Positions 24,765 through 38,600 of a stretch of DNA of 64,000 nucleotides are shown in pieces. The notes below the pieces were generated by a model that had not been told where the DNA came from, did not search any database, and was given only the letters and a program-made list of their open reading frames with translations. Numbering within the stretch: the stretch's first letter is position 1; each line of letters opens with the position of its first letter. This DNA comes from Antedon mediterranea. Its lineage: Eukaryota > Animalia > Echinodermata. The stretch lies in assembly GCF_964355755.1 (NCBI RefSeq), contig NC_092670.1:27826388-27890387 (forward strand), in the 5' to 3' direction. A program made the position numbers and the translations under genes.

Positions 24765-27015
24765 AGCACTTTGATGTTTTTATGTTAACAACTTTTTTAG
24801 AAAATTACAAAATGGTGTAAAACGTCTCCAAATGCGATTTGAAGCTATTCTAAGCAATTTGGTGTTTTTATGTTAACAAGTTTTTTCGAAAATCACAAAA
24901 TGGTCTAAAACGTCTCCAAATGCGATTTGAAGCTATTCTAAGCACTTTTGTGTTTTTATGTTAACAAGTTTTTTCGAAAATCACAAAATGGTCTAAAATG
25001 TCTCCAAATGCGATTTGAAGCTTTTCTAAGCACTTTTGTGTTTTTATGTTTACAAGTTTTTTCGAAAATCACAAAATGGTCTAAAACGTCTCCAAATGCG
25101 ATTTGAAGCTATTCTGTACACTTTGCTGTTTTGTGTGAATAATTTTTGTCAAAATGCTCAAAATGGTCAAAAACGTTTTTAAATACTATATTAAGCTATT
25201 TGTGTTCTTTGATGTTTTTATGTGAAAAGTTTTATCGAAATGCTCAAAATGGTCTAAAACGGTTTCTAATGTGATTTTAAGAACTTTGATGTTTTTATGT
25301 TAAAAACTTTTTTAGAAAATCACAAAATGGTCTAAAACGTCTCCAAATGCGATTTGAAGCAATTCTAAGCACTTTGGTGTTTTTATGTTAACACGTTTTT
25401 TCGAAAATCACAAAATGGTCTACAACGTCTCCAAATGCGATTTGAAGATATTCTAAGCACTTTGGTGTTTTTATGTTAACAAGTTTTTTCGAAAATCACA
25501 AAGTGGTATAAAACGTCTCCAAATGCGATTTTAAGGTATTCTAAGCACTTTGGTGTTTTTATGTTAACAAGTTTTTTCGAAAATCACAAAATGGTCTAAA
25601 ACGTCTCCAAATGTGATTTGAAGCTATTCTAAACACTTTGGTGTTTTTATGTTAACAAGTTTTTTCGAAAATCACAAATTGGTCTAAAACGTCTCCAAAT
25701 GCGATTTGAAGCTATTTTAAGCACTTTGGTGTTTTTGTGTAACCAAGTTTTTTCGAAAATCACAAAAGGGTCTAAAATGTCTCAAAATGCGATTTGAAGC
25801 TATTCTGTACACTTTGATGTTTTTATGTTAACAACTTTTTTAGAAAATCACAAAATGGTCTAAAACGTCTCCAAATGCGATTTGAAGCAATTCTAAGCAC
25901 TTTGGTGTTTTTATGGTAACGAGTTTTTTTGAATATCACAAAATGGTCTAAAATGTCTCCAAATGCGATTTGAAGCTTTTCTAAGCACTTTGGTGTTTTT
26001 ATGTTAACAAGTTTTTTCGAAAATCACAAAATGGTCTAAAACGTCTCCAAATGCGATTTGAAGCTATTCTGTACACTTTGCTGTTTTGTGTGAATAATTT
26101 TTGTCGAAATGCTCAAAATGGTCAAAAACGTTTTTAAATACGATATTAAGCTATTTTGTGCTCTTTGATGTTTTTGTGTGAAAAGTTTTATCGAAATGCT
26201 CAAAATGGTCTAAAACGGTTTCTAATGTGATTTTAAGCACTTTGATGTTTTTATGTTAACAACTTTTTTAGAAAATCACAAAATGGTCTAAAACGTCTCC
26301 AAATGCGATTTGAAGCAATTCTAAGCACTTTGGTGTTTTTATGGTAACGAGTTTTTTTGAATATCACAAAATGGTCTAAAACGTCTCCAAATGCGATTTG
26401 AAGCTTTTCTAAGCACTTTGGTGTTTTTATGTTTACAAGTTTTTTCGAAAATCACAAAATGGTCTAAAACGGCTCCAAATACGATTTGAAGCTATTCTAA
26501 GCACTTTGGTGTTTTTATGTTAACAAGTTTTTTCGAAAATCACAAAATGGTCTAAAACGTCTCCAAATGCGATTTGAAGCTATTCTAAGCACTTTGGTGT
26601 TTTTATGTTAACAAGTTTTTTCGAAAATCACAAAATGGTGTAGAATGTCTCCAAATGCGATTTGAAGCTATTCTAAGCAATTTTGTGTTTTTATGTTAAC
26701 AAGTTTTTTCGAAAATCACAAAATGGTGTAAAACGTCTCCAAATGCGATTTTAAGCTATTCTAAGCACTTTTGTGTTTTTATGTTAACAAGTTTTTTCGA
26801 AAATCACAAAATGGTCTAAAATGTCTCAAAATGCGATTTGAAGCTATTCTGTACACTTTGCTGTTTTGTGTGAATAATTTTTGTCAAAATGCTCAAAATG
26901 GTCAAAAACGTTTTTAAATACTATATTAAGCTATTTTGTGTTCTTTGATGTTTTTGTGTGAAAAGTTTTTTCGAAATGCTCAAAATGGTCTAAAACGGTT
27001 TCTAATGTGATTTTA

Positions 27016-29959
27016 AGCACTTTGATGTTTTTATGTTAACAACTTTTTTAGAAAATTACAAAATGGTCTAAAACGTCTCCAAATGCAATTTGAAGCAATT
27101 CTAAGCACTTTGGTGTTTTTATGTTAACAAGTTTTTTCGAAAATCACAAAATGGTCTAAAACGTCTCCAAATGCTATTTGAAGCTATTCTGTACACTTTG
27201 CTGTTTTGTGTGAATAATTTTTGTTGAAATGCTCAAAATGGTCAAAAACGTTTTTAAATACGATATTAAGCTATTTTGTGCTCTTTGATGTTTTTGTGTG
27301 AAAAGTTTTATCGAAATGCTCAAAATGGTCTAAAACGGTTTCTAATGTGATTTTAAGCACTTTGGTGTTTTTATGTTAACAAGTTTTTTCGAAAATCACA
27401 AAATGGTCTAAAATGTCTCCAAATGCGATTTGAAGCTTTTCTAAGCACTTTGGTGTTTTTATGTTAACAAGTTTTTTCGAAAATCACAAAATGGTCTAAA
27501 ACGTCTCCAAATGTGATTTGAAGCTATTCTAAACACTTTGGTGTTTTTATGTTAACAAGTTTTTTCGAAAATCACAAATTGGTCTAAAACGTCTCCAAAT
27601 GCGATTTGAAGCTATTTTAAGCACTTTGGTGTTTTTGTGTAACCAAGTTTTTTCGAAAATCACAAAAGGGTCTAAAATGTCTCAAAATGCGATTTGAAGC
27701 TATTCTGTACACTTTGATGTTTTTATGTTAACAACTTTTTTAGAAAATCACAAAATGGTCTAAAACGTCTCCAAATGCGATTTGAAGCAATTCTAAGCAC
27801 TTTGGTGTTTTTATGGTAACGAGTTTTTTTGAATATCACAAAATGGTCTAAAATGTCTCCAAATGCGATTTGAAGCTATTCTAAGCACTTTGGTGTTTTT
27901 ATGTTAACAAGTTTTTTCGAAAATCACAAAATGGTGTAAAACGTCTCCAAATGCGATTTGAAGCTATTCTAAGCACTTTGGTGTTTTTATGTTAACAAGT
28001 TTTTTCGAAAATCACAAAATGGTGTAAAACTTCTCCAAATACGATTTTAAGCTATTCTAAGCAATTTGGTGTTTTTATGTTAACAAGTTTTTTCGAAAAT
28101 CACAAAATGGTCTAAAACGTCTCCAAATGCGATTTGAAGCTATTCTGTACACTTTGCTGTTTTGTGTGAATAATTTTTGTTGAAATGCTCAAAATGGTCA
28201 AAAACGTTTTTAAATACTATATTAAGCTATTTTGTGTTCTTTGATGTTTTTGTGTGAAAAGTTTTATCGAAATGCTCAAAATGGTCTAAAACGGTTTCTA
28301 ATGTGATTTTAAGCACTTTGATGTTTTTATGTTAACAACTTTTTTAGAAAATCACAAAATGGTCTAAAACGTCTCCAAATGCGATTTGAAGCAATTCTAA
28401 GCACTTTGGTGTCTTTATGGTAACGAGTTTTTTTGAATATCACAAAATGGTCTAAAACGTCTCCAAATGCGATTTGAAGCTTTTCTAAGCACTTTGATGT
28501 TTTTATGTTAACAACTTTTTTAGAAAATTACAAAATGGTCTAAAACGGCTCCAAATGCAATTTGAAGCAATTCTAAGCACTTTGGTGTTTTTATGTTAAC
28601 AAGTTTTTTCGAAAATCACAAAATGGTCTAAAACGTCTCCAAATGCTATTTGAAGCTATTCTGTACACTTTGCTGTTTTGTGTGAATAATTTTTGTTGAA
28701 ATGCTCAAAATGGTCAAAAACGTTTTTAAATACGATATTAAGCTATTTTGTGCTCTTTGATGTTTTTGTGTGAAAAGTTTTATCGAAATGCTCAAAATGG
28801 TCTAAAACGGTTTCTAATGTGATTTTAAGCACTTTGGTGTTTTTATGTTAACAAGTTTTTTCGAAAATCACAAAATGGTCTAAAATGTCTCCAAATGCGA
28901 TTTGAAGCTTTTCTAAGCACTTTGGTGTTTTTATGTTAACAAGTTTTTTCGAAAATCACAAAATGGTCTAAAACGTCTCCAAATGTGATTTGAAGCTATT
29001 CTAAACACTTTGGTGTTTTTATGTTAACAAGTTTTTTCGAAAATCACAAATTGGTCTAAAACGTCTCCAAATGCGATTTGAAGCTATTTTAAGCACTTTG
29101 GTGTTTTTGTGTAACCAAGTTTTTTCGAAAATCACAAAAGGGTCTAAAATGTCTCAAAATGCGATTTGAAGCTATTCTGTACACTTTGATGTTTTTATGT
29201 TAACAACTTTTTTAGAAAATCACAAAATGGTCTAAAACGTCTCCAAATGCGATTTGAAGCAATTCTAAGCACTTTGGTGTTTTTATGGTAACGAGTTTTT
29301 TTGAATATCACAAAATGGTCTAAAATGTCTCCAAATGCGATTTGAAGCTATTCTAAGCACTTTGGTGTTTTTATGTTAACAAGTTTTTTCGAAAATCACA
29401 AAATGGTGTAAAACGTCTCCAAATGCGATTTGAAGCTATTCTAAGCACTTTGGTGTTTTTATGTTAACAAGTTTTTTCGAAAATCACAAAATGGTGTAAA
29501 ACTTCTCCAAATACGATTTTAAGCTATTCTAAGCAATTTGGTGTTTTTATGTTAACAAGTTTTTTCGAAAATCACAAAATGGTCTAAAACGTCTCCAAAT
29601 GCGATTTGAAGCTATTCTGTACACTTTGCTGTTTTGTGTGAATAATTTTTGTTGAAATGCTCAAAATGGTCAAAAACGTTTTTAAATACTATATTAAGCT
29701 ATTTTGTGTTCTTTGATGTTTTTGTGTGAAAAGTTTTATCGAAATGCTCAAAATGGTCTAAAACGGTTTCTAATGTGATTTTAAGCACTTTGATGTTTTT
29801 ATGTTAACAACTTTTTTAGAAAATCACAAAATGGTCTAAAACGTCTCCAAATGCGATTTGAAGCAATTCTAAGCACTTTGGTGTCTTTATGGTAACGAGT
29901 TTTTTTGAATATCACAAAATGGTCTAAAACGTCTCCAAATGCGATTTGAAGCTTTTCTA
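27016..29959 (+). repeat. 1,472-bp tandem duplication (13 A + 2 BC) x2
   Basis: Private marker GTCTTTATGG at 28411 and 29883 (offset 1,472 = 13x88 + 2x164); AATGCTATTTG is also repeated at this offset. Confidence 0.88.
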
Positions 29960-32900
29960 AGCACTTTGGTGTTTTTATGTTTACAAGTTTTTTCGAAAAT
30001 CACAAAATGGTCTAAAACGGCTCCAAATACGATTTGAAGCTATTCTAAGCACTTTGGTGTTTTTATGTTAACAAGTTTTTTCGAAAATCACAAAATGGTC
30101 TAAAACGTCTCCAAATGCGATTTGAAGCTATTCTAAGCACTTTGGTGTTTTTATGTTAACAAGTTTTTTCGAAAATCACAAAATGGTGTAAAACGTCTCC
30201 AAATGCGATTTGAAGCTATTCTAAGCAATTTTGTGTTTTTATGTTAACAAGTTTTTTCGAAAATCACAAAATGGTCTAAAACGTCTCCAAATGCGATTTG
30301 AAGCTATTCTAAGCACTTTTGTGTTTTTATGTTAACAAGTTTTTTCGAAAATCACAAAATGGTCTAAAATGTCTCAAAATGCGATTTGAAGCTATTCTGT
30401 ACACTTTGCTGTTTTGTGTGAATAATTTTTGTCAAAATGCTCAAAATGGTCAAAAACGTTTTTAAATACTATATTAAGCTATTTTGTGTTCTTTGATGTT
30501 TTTGTGTGAAAAGTTTTTTCGAAATGCTCAAAATGGTCTAAAACGGTTTCTAATGTGATTTTAAGCACTTTGATGTTTTTATGTTAACAACTTTTTTAGA
30601 AAATTACAAAATGGTCTAAAACGTCTCCAAATGCAATTTGAAGCAATTCTAAGCACTTTGGTGTTTTTATGTTAACAAGTTTTTTCGAAAATCACAAAAT
30701 GGTCTAAAACGTCTCCAAATGCGATTTGAAGCTATTCTGTACACTTTGCTGTTTTGTGTGAATAATTTTTGTTGAAATGCTCAAAATGGTCAAAAACGTT
30801 TTTAAATACGATATTAAGCTATTTTGTGCTCTTTGATGTTTTTGTGTGAAAAGTTTTATCGAAATGCTCAAAATGGTCTAAAACGGTTTCTAATGTGATT
30901 TTAAGCACTTTGGTGTTTTTATGTTAACAAGTTTTTTCGAAAATCACAAAATGGTCTAAAACGTCTCCAAATGTGATTTGAAGCTATTCTAAACACTTTG
31001 GTGTTTTTATGTTAACAAGTTTTTTCGAAAATCACAAATTTGTCTAAAACGTCTCCACATGCGATTTGAAGCTATTTTAAGCACTTTGGTGTTTTTGTGT
31101 AACCAAGTTTTTTCGAAAATCACAAAAGGGTCTAAAATGTCTCAAAATGCGATTTGAAGCTATTCTGTACACTTTGATGTTTTTTTGTTAACAAGTTTTT
31201 TCGAAAGTCTCAAAATGGTCTAAAAAGTCTCCAAATGCGATTTGAAGCTATTCTAAGCACTTTGGTGTTTTTATGTTAACAAGTTTTATCGAAAATCACA
31301 AAATGGTGTAAAACGTCTCCAAATGCGATTTGAAGCTATTCTAAGCACTTTGGTGTTTTTATGTTAACAAGTTTTTTCGAAAATCACAAAATGGTCTAAA
31401 ACGTCTCCAAATGCTATTTGAAGCTATTCTGTACACTTTGCTGTTTTGTGTGAATAATTTTTGTTGAAATGCTCAAAATGGTCAAAAACGTTTTTAAATA
31501 CGATATTAAGCTATTTTGTGCTCTTTGATGTTTTTGTGTGAAAAGTTTTATCGAAATGCTCAAAATGGTCTAAAACGGTTTCTAATGTGATTTTAAGCAC
31601 TTTGGTGTTTTTATGTTAACAAGTTTTTTCGAAAATCACAAAATGGTCTAAAATGTCTCCAAATGCGATTTGAAGCTTTTCTAAGCACTTTGGTGTTTTT
31701 ATGTTAACAAGTTTTTTCGAAAATCACAAAATGGTCTAAAACGTCTCCAAATGTGATTTGAAGCTATTCTAAACACTTTGGTGTTTTTATGTTAACAAGT
31801 TTTTTCGAAAATCACAAATTGGTCTAAAACGTCTCCAAATGCGATTTGAAGCTATTTTAAGCACTTTGGTGTTTTTGTGTAACCAAGTTTTTTCGAAAAT
31901 CACAAAAGGGTCTAAAATGTCTCAAAATGCGATTTGAAGCTATTCTGTACACTTTGATGTTTTTATGTTAACAACTTTTTTAGAAAATCACAAAATGGTC
32001 TAAAACGTCTCCAAATGCGATTTGAAGCAATTCTAAGCACTTTGGTGTTTTTATGGTAACGAGTTTTTTTGAATATCACAAAATGGTCTAAAATGTCTCC
32101 AAATGCGATTTGAAGCTATTCTAAGCACTTTGGTGTTTTTATGTTAACAAGTTTTTTCGAAAATCACAAAATGGTGTAAAACGTCTCCAAATGCGATTTG
32201 AAGCTATTCTAAGCACTTTGGTGTTTTTATGTTAACAAGTTTTTTCGAAAATCACAAAATGGTGTAAAACTTCTCCAAATACGATTTTAAGCTATTCTAA
32301 GCAATTTGGTGTTTTTATGTTAACAAGTTTTTTCGAAAATCACAAAATGGTCTAAAACGTCTCCAAATGCGATTTGAAGCTATTCTGTACACTTTGCTGT
32401 TTTGTGTGAATAATTTTTGTTGAAATGCTCAAAATGGTCAAAAACGTTTTTAAATACTATATTAAGCTATTTTGTGTTCTTTGATGTTTTTGTGTGAAAA
32501 GTTTTATCGAAATGCTCAAAATGGTCTAAAACGGTTTCTAATGTGATTTTAAGCACTTTGATGTTTTTATGTTAACAACTTTTTTAGAAAATCACAAAAT
32601 GGTCTAAAACGTCTCCAAATGCGATTTGAAGCAATTCTAAGCACTTTGGTGTCTTTATGGTAACGAGTTTTTTTGAATATCACAAAATGGTCTAAAACGT
32701 CTCCAAATGCGATTTGAAGCTTTTCTAAGCACTTTGATGTTTTTATGTTAACAACTTTTTTAGAAAATTACAAAATGGTCTAAAACGGCTCCAAATGCAA
32801 TTTGAAGCAATTCTAAGCACTTTGGTGTTTTTATGTTAACAAGTTTTTTCGAAAATCACAAAATGGTCTAAAACGTCTCCAAATGCTATTTGAAGCTATT

Positions 32901-35635
32901 CTGTACACTTTGCTGTTTTGTGTGAATAATTTTTGTTGAAATGCTCAAAATGGTCAAAAACGTTTTTAAATACGATATTAAGCTATTTTGTGCTCTTTGA
33001 TGTTTTTGTGTGAAAAGTTTTATCGAAATGCTCAAAATGGTCTAAAACGGTTTCTAATGTGATTTTAAGCACTTTGGTGTTTTTATGTTAACAAGTTTTT
33101 TCGAAAATCACAAAATGGTCTAAAATGTCTCCAAATGCGATTTGAAGCTTTTCTAAGCACTTTGGTGTTTTTATGTTAACAAGTTTTTTCGAAAATCACA
33201 AAATGGTCTAAAACGTCTCCAAATGTGATTTGAAGCTATTCTAAACACTTTGGTGTTTTTATGTTAACAAGTTTTTTCGAAAATCACAAATTGGTCTAAA
33301 ACGTCTCCAAATGCGATTTGAAGCTATTTTAAGCACTTTGGTGTTTTTGTGTAACCAAGTTTTTTCGAAAATCACAAAAGGGTCTAAAATGTCTCAAAAT
33401 GCGATTTGAAGCTATTCTGTACACTTTGATGTTTTTATGTTAACAACTTTTTTAGAAAATCACAAAATGGTCTAAAACGTCTCCAAATGCGATTTGAAGC
33501 AATTCTAAGCACTTTGGTGTTTTTATGGTAACGAGTTTTTTTGAATATCACAAAATGGTCTAAAATGTCTCCAAATGCGATTTGAAGCTATTCTAAGCAC
33601 TTTGGTGTTTTTATGTTAACAAGTTTTTTCGAAAATCACAAAATGGTGTAAAACGTCTCCAAATGCGATTTGAAGCTATTCTAAGCACTTTGGTGTTTTT
33701 ATGTTAACAAGTTTTTTCGAAAATCACAAAATGGTGTAAAACTTCTCCAAATACGATTTTAAGCTATTCTAAGCAATTTGGTGTTTTTATGTTAACAAGT
33801 TTTTTCGAAAATCACAAAATGGTCTAAAACGTCTCCAAATGCGATTTGAAGCTATTCTGTACACTTTGCTGTTTTGTGTGAATAATTTTTGTTGAAATGC
33901 TCAAAATGGTCAAAAACGTTTTTAAATACTATATTAAGCTATTTTGTGTTCTTTGATGTTTTTGTGTGAAAAGTTTTATCGAAATGCTCAAAATGGTCTA
34001 AAACGGTTTCTAATGTGATTTTAAGCACTTTGATGTTTTTATGTTAACAACTTTTTTAGAAAATCACAAAATGGTCTAAAACGTCTCCAAATGCGATTTG
34101 AAGCAATTCTAAGCACTTTGGTGTCTTTATGGTAACGAGTTTTTTTGAATATCACAAAATGGTCTAAAACGTCTCCAAATGCGATTTGAAGCTTTTCTAA
34201 GCACTTTGGTGTTTTTATGTTTACAAGTTTTTTCGAAAATCACAAAATGGTCTAAAACGGCTCCAAATACGATTTGAAGCTATTCTAAGCACTTTGGTGT
34301 TTTTATGTTAACAAGTTTTTTCGAAAATCACAAAATGGTCTAAAACGTCTCCAAATGCGATTTGAAGCTATTCTAAGCACTTTGGTGTTTTTATGTTAAC
34401 AAGTTTTTTCGAAAATCACAAAATGGTGTAAAACGTCTCCAAATGCGATTTGAAGCTATTCTAAGCAATTTTGTGTTTTTATGTTAACAAGTTTTTTCGA
34501 AAATCACAAAATGGTCTAAAACGTCTCCAAATGCGATTTGAAGCTATTCTAAGCACTTTTGTGTTTTTATGTTAACAAGTTTTTTCGAAAATCACAAAAT
34601 GGTCTAAAATGTCTCAAAATGCGATTTGAAGCTATTCTGTACACTTTGCTGTTTTGTGTGAATAATTTTTGTCAAAATGCTCAAAATGGTCAAAAACGTT
34701 TTTAAATACTATATTAAGCTATTTTGTGTTCTTTGATGTTTTTGTGTGAAAAGTTTTTTCGAAATGCTCAAAATGGTCTAAAACGGTTTCTAATGTGATT
34801 TTAAGCACTTTGATGTTTTTATGTTAACAACTTTTTTAGAAAATTACAAAATGGTCTAAAACGTCTCCAAATGCAATTTGAAGCAATTCTAAGCACTTTG
34901 GTGTTTTTATGTTAACAAGTTTTTTCGAAAATCACAAAATGGTCTAAAACGTCTCCAAATGCGATTTGAAGCTATTCTGTACACTTTGCTGTTTTGTGTG
35001 AATAATTTTTGTTGAAATGCTCAAAATGGTCAAAAACGTTTTTAAATACGATATTAAGCTATTTTGTGCTCTTTGATGTTTTTGTGTGAAAAGTTTTATC
35101 GAAATGCTCAAAATGGTCTAAAACGGTTTCTAATGTGATTTTAAGCACTTTGGTGTTTTTATGTTAACAAGTTTTTTCGAAAATCACAAAATGGTCTAAA
35201 ACGTCTCCAAATGTGATTTGAAGCTATTCTAAACACTTTGGTGTTTTTATGTTAACAAGTTTTTTCGAAAATCACAAATTTGTCTAAAACGTCTCCACAT
35301 GCGATTTGAAGCTATTTTAAGCACTTTGGTGTTTTTGTGTAACCAAGTTTTTTCGAAAATCACAAAAGGGTCTAAAATGTCTCAAAATGCGATTTGAAGC
35401 TATTCTGTACACTTTGATGTTTTTTTGTTAACAAGTTTTTTCGAAAGTCTCAAAATGGTCTAAAAAGTCTCCAAATGCGATTTGAAGCTATTCTAAGCAC
35501 TTTGGTGTTTTTATGTTAACAAGTTTTATCGAAAATCACAAAATGGTGTAAAACGTCTCCAAATGCGATTTGAAGCTATTCTAAGCACTTTGGTGTTTTT
35601 ATGTTAACAAGTTTTTTCGAAAATCACAAAATGGT
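27098..35635 (+). repeat. 4,240-bp tandem duplication (37 A + 6 BC) x2, containing the 1,472-bp duplication
   Basis: Private markers (AATT)TGTCTAAAACGTCTCCACATG at 31041 and 35281, and GTCTTTATGG at 28411/32651 and 29883/34123. 4,240 = 37x88 + 6x164. Confidence 0.92.
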
Positions 35636-38600
35636 GTAAAACGTCTCCAAATGCGATTTTAAGCTATTCTAAGCAATTTGGTGTTTTTATGTTAACAAGT
35701 TTTTTCGAAAATCACAAAATGGTCTAAAACATCTCCAAATGCGATTTGAAGCTATTCTGTACACTTTGCTGTTTTGTGAGAATAATTTTTGTCGAAATGC
35801 TCAAAATGGTCAAAAACGTTTTTAAATACGATATTAAGCTATTTTGTGCTCTTTGATGTTTTTGTGTGAAAAGTTTTATCGAAATGCTCAAAATGGTCTA
35901 AAACGGTTTCTAATGTGATTTTAAGCACTTTGATGTTTTTATGTTAACAACTTTTTTAGAAAATTACAAAATGGTGTAAAACGTCTCCAAATGCGATTTG
36001 AAGCTATTCTAAGCAATTTCGTGTTTTTATGTTAACAAGTTTTTTCGAAAATCACAAAATGGTCTAAAACGTCTCCAAATGCGATTTGAAGCTATTCTAA
36101 GCACTTTTGTGTTTTTATGTTAACAAGTTTTTTCGAAAATCACAAAATGGTCTAAAATGTCTCCAAATGCGATTTTAAGGTATTCTAAGCACTTTGGTGT
36201 TTTTATGTTAACAAGTTTTTTCGAAAATCACAAAATGGTCTAAAACGTCTCCAAATGCGATTTGAAGCTATTCTAAGCACTTTGGTGTTTTTATGTTAAC
36301 AAGTTTTTTCGAAAATCACAAAATGGTGTAAAACTTCTCCAAATACGATTTTAAGCTATTCTAAGCAATTTGGTGTTTTTATGTTAACAAGTTTTTTCGA
36401 AAATCACAAAATGGTATAAAACGTCTCCAAATACGATTTGAAGCAATTCTAAGCACTTTGGTGTTTTTATGTTAACAAGTTTTTTCGAAAATTACAAAAT
36501 GGTATAAAACGTCTCCAAATGCGATTTGAAGATTTTCTAAGCACTTTGGTGTTTTTATGTTTACAAGTTTTTTCGAAAATCACAAAATGGTCTAAAACGT
36601 CTCCAAATGCGATTTGAAGCTATTCTGTACACTTTGCTGTTTTGTGTGAATAATTTTGTCAAAATGCTCAAAATGGTCAAAAACGTTTTTAAATACTATA
36701 TTAAGCTATTTTGTGTTCTTTGATGTTTTTGTGTGAAAAGTTTTATCGAAATGCTCAAAATGGTCTAAAACGGTTTCTAATGAAATGATTTTAAGAACTT
36801 TGATGTTTTTATGTTAACAACTTTTTTAGAAAATCACAAAATGGTCTAAAACGTCTCCAAATGCGATTTGAAGCAATTCTAAGCACTTTGGTGTTTTTAT
36901 GTTAACAAGTTTTTTCGAAAATCACAAAATGGTATAAAACCTCTCCAAATGCGATTTTAAGGTATTCTAAGCACTTTGGTGTTTTTATGTTAACAAGTTT
37001 TTTCGAAAATCACAAAATGGTCTAAAACGTCTACAAATGCGATTTGAAGCTATTCTAAGCACTTTGGTGTTTTTATGTTAACAAGTTTTTTCGAAAATCA
37101 CAAAATGGTATAAAACGTCTCCAAATGAGATTTTAAGGTATTCTAAGCACTTTGGTGTTTTTATGTTAACAAGTTTTTTCGAAAATCACAAAATGGTCTA
37201 AAACGTCTACAAATGCGATTTGAAGCTATTCTAAGCACTTTGGTGTTTTTATGTTAACAAGTTTTTTCGAAAATCACAAAATGGTCTAAAACGTCTCCAA
37301 ATGCGATTTGAAGCTATTCTGTACACTTTGCTGTTTTGTGTGAATAATTTTTGTCGAAATGCTCAAAATGGTCAAAAACGTTTTTAAATACGATATTAAG
37401 CTATTTTGTGCTCTTTGATGTTTTTGTGTGAAAAGTTTTATCGAAATGCTCAAAATGGTCTAAAACGGTTTCTAATGTGATTTTAAGCACTTTGATGTTT
37501 TTATGTTAACAACTTTTTTAGAAAATCACAAAATGGTCTAAAACGTCTCCAAATGCGATTTGAAGCAATTCTAAGCACTTTGGTGTTTTTATGGTAACGA
37601 GTTTTTTTGAATATCACAAAATGGTCTAAAATGTCTCCAAATGCGATTTGAAGCTATTCTGTACACTTTGATGTTTTTTTGTTAACAAGTTTTTTCGAAA
37701 GTCACAAAATGGTCTAAAACGTCTCCAAATGCGATTTGAAACTATTCTAAGCACTTTGGTGTTTTTATGTTAACAAGTTTTTTCGAAAATCACAAAATGG
37801 GGTAAAACGTCTCCAAATGCGATTTGAAGCTATTCTAAGCACTTTGGTGTTTTTATGTTAACAAGTTTTTTCGAAAATCACAAAATGGTGTAAAACTTCT
37901 CCAAATACGATTTTAAGCTATTCTAAGCAATTTGGTGTTTTTATGTTAACAAGTTTTTTCGAAAATCACAAAATGGTCTAAAACGTCTCCAAATGCGATT
38001 TGAAGCTATTCTGTACACTTTGCTGTTTTGTGTGAATAATTTTTGTTGAAATGCTCAAAATGGTCAAAAACGTTTTTAAATACTATATTAAGCTATTTTG
38101 TGCTCTTTGATGTTTTTGTGTGAAAAGTTTTTTCGAAATGCTCAAAATGGTCTAAAACGGTTTCTAATGTGATTTTAAGCACTTTGATGTTTTTATGTTA
38201 ACAACTTTTTTAGAAAATTACAAAATGGTGTAAAACGTCTCCAAATGCGATTTGAAGCTATTCTAAGCACTTTGGTGTTTTTATGGTAACGAGTTTTTTT
38301 GAATATCACAAAATGGTCTAAAATGTCTCCAAATGCGATTTGAAGCTTTTCTAAGCACTTTGGTGTTTTTATGTTAACAAGTTTTTTCGAAAATCACAAA
38401 ATGGACTAAAACGTCTCCAAATGTGATTTGAAGCTATTCTAAACACTTTGGTGTTTTTATGTTAACAAGTTTTTTCGAAAATCACAAATTGGTCTAAAAC
38501 GTCTCCAAATGCGATTTGAAGCTAGTTTAAGCACTTTGGTGTTTTTGTGTAACCAAGTTTTTTCGAAAATCACAAAAGGGTCTAAAATGTCTCAAAATGC

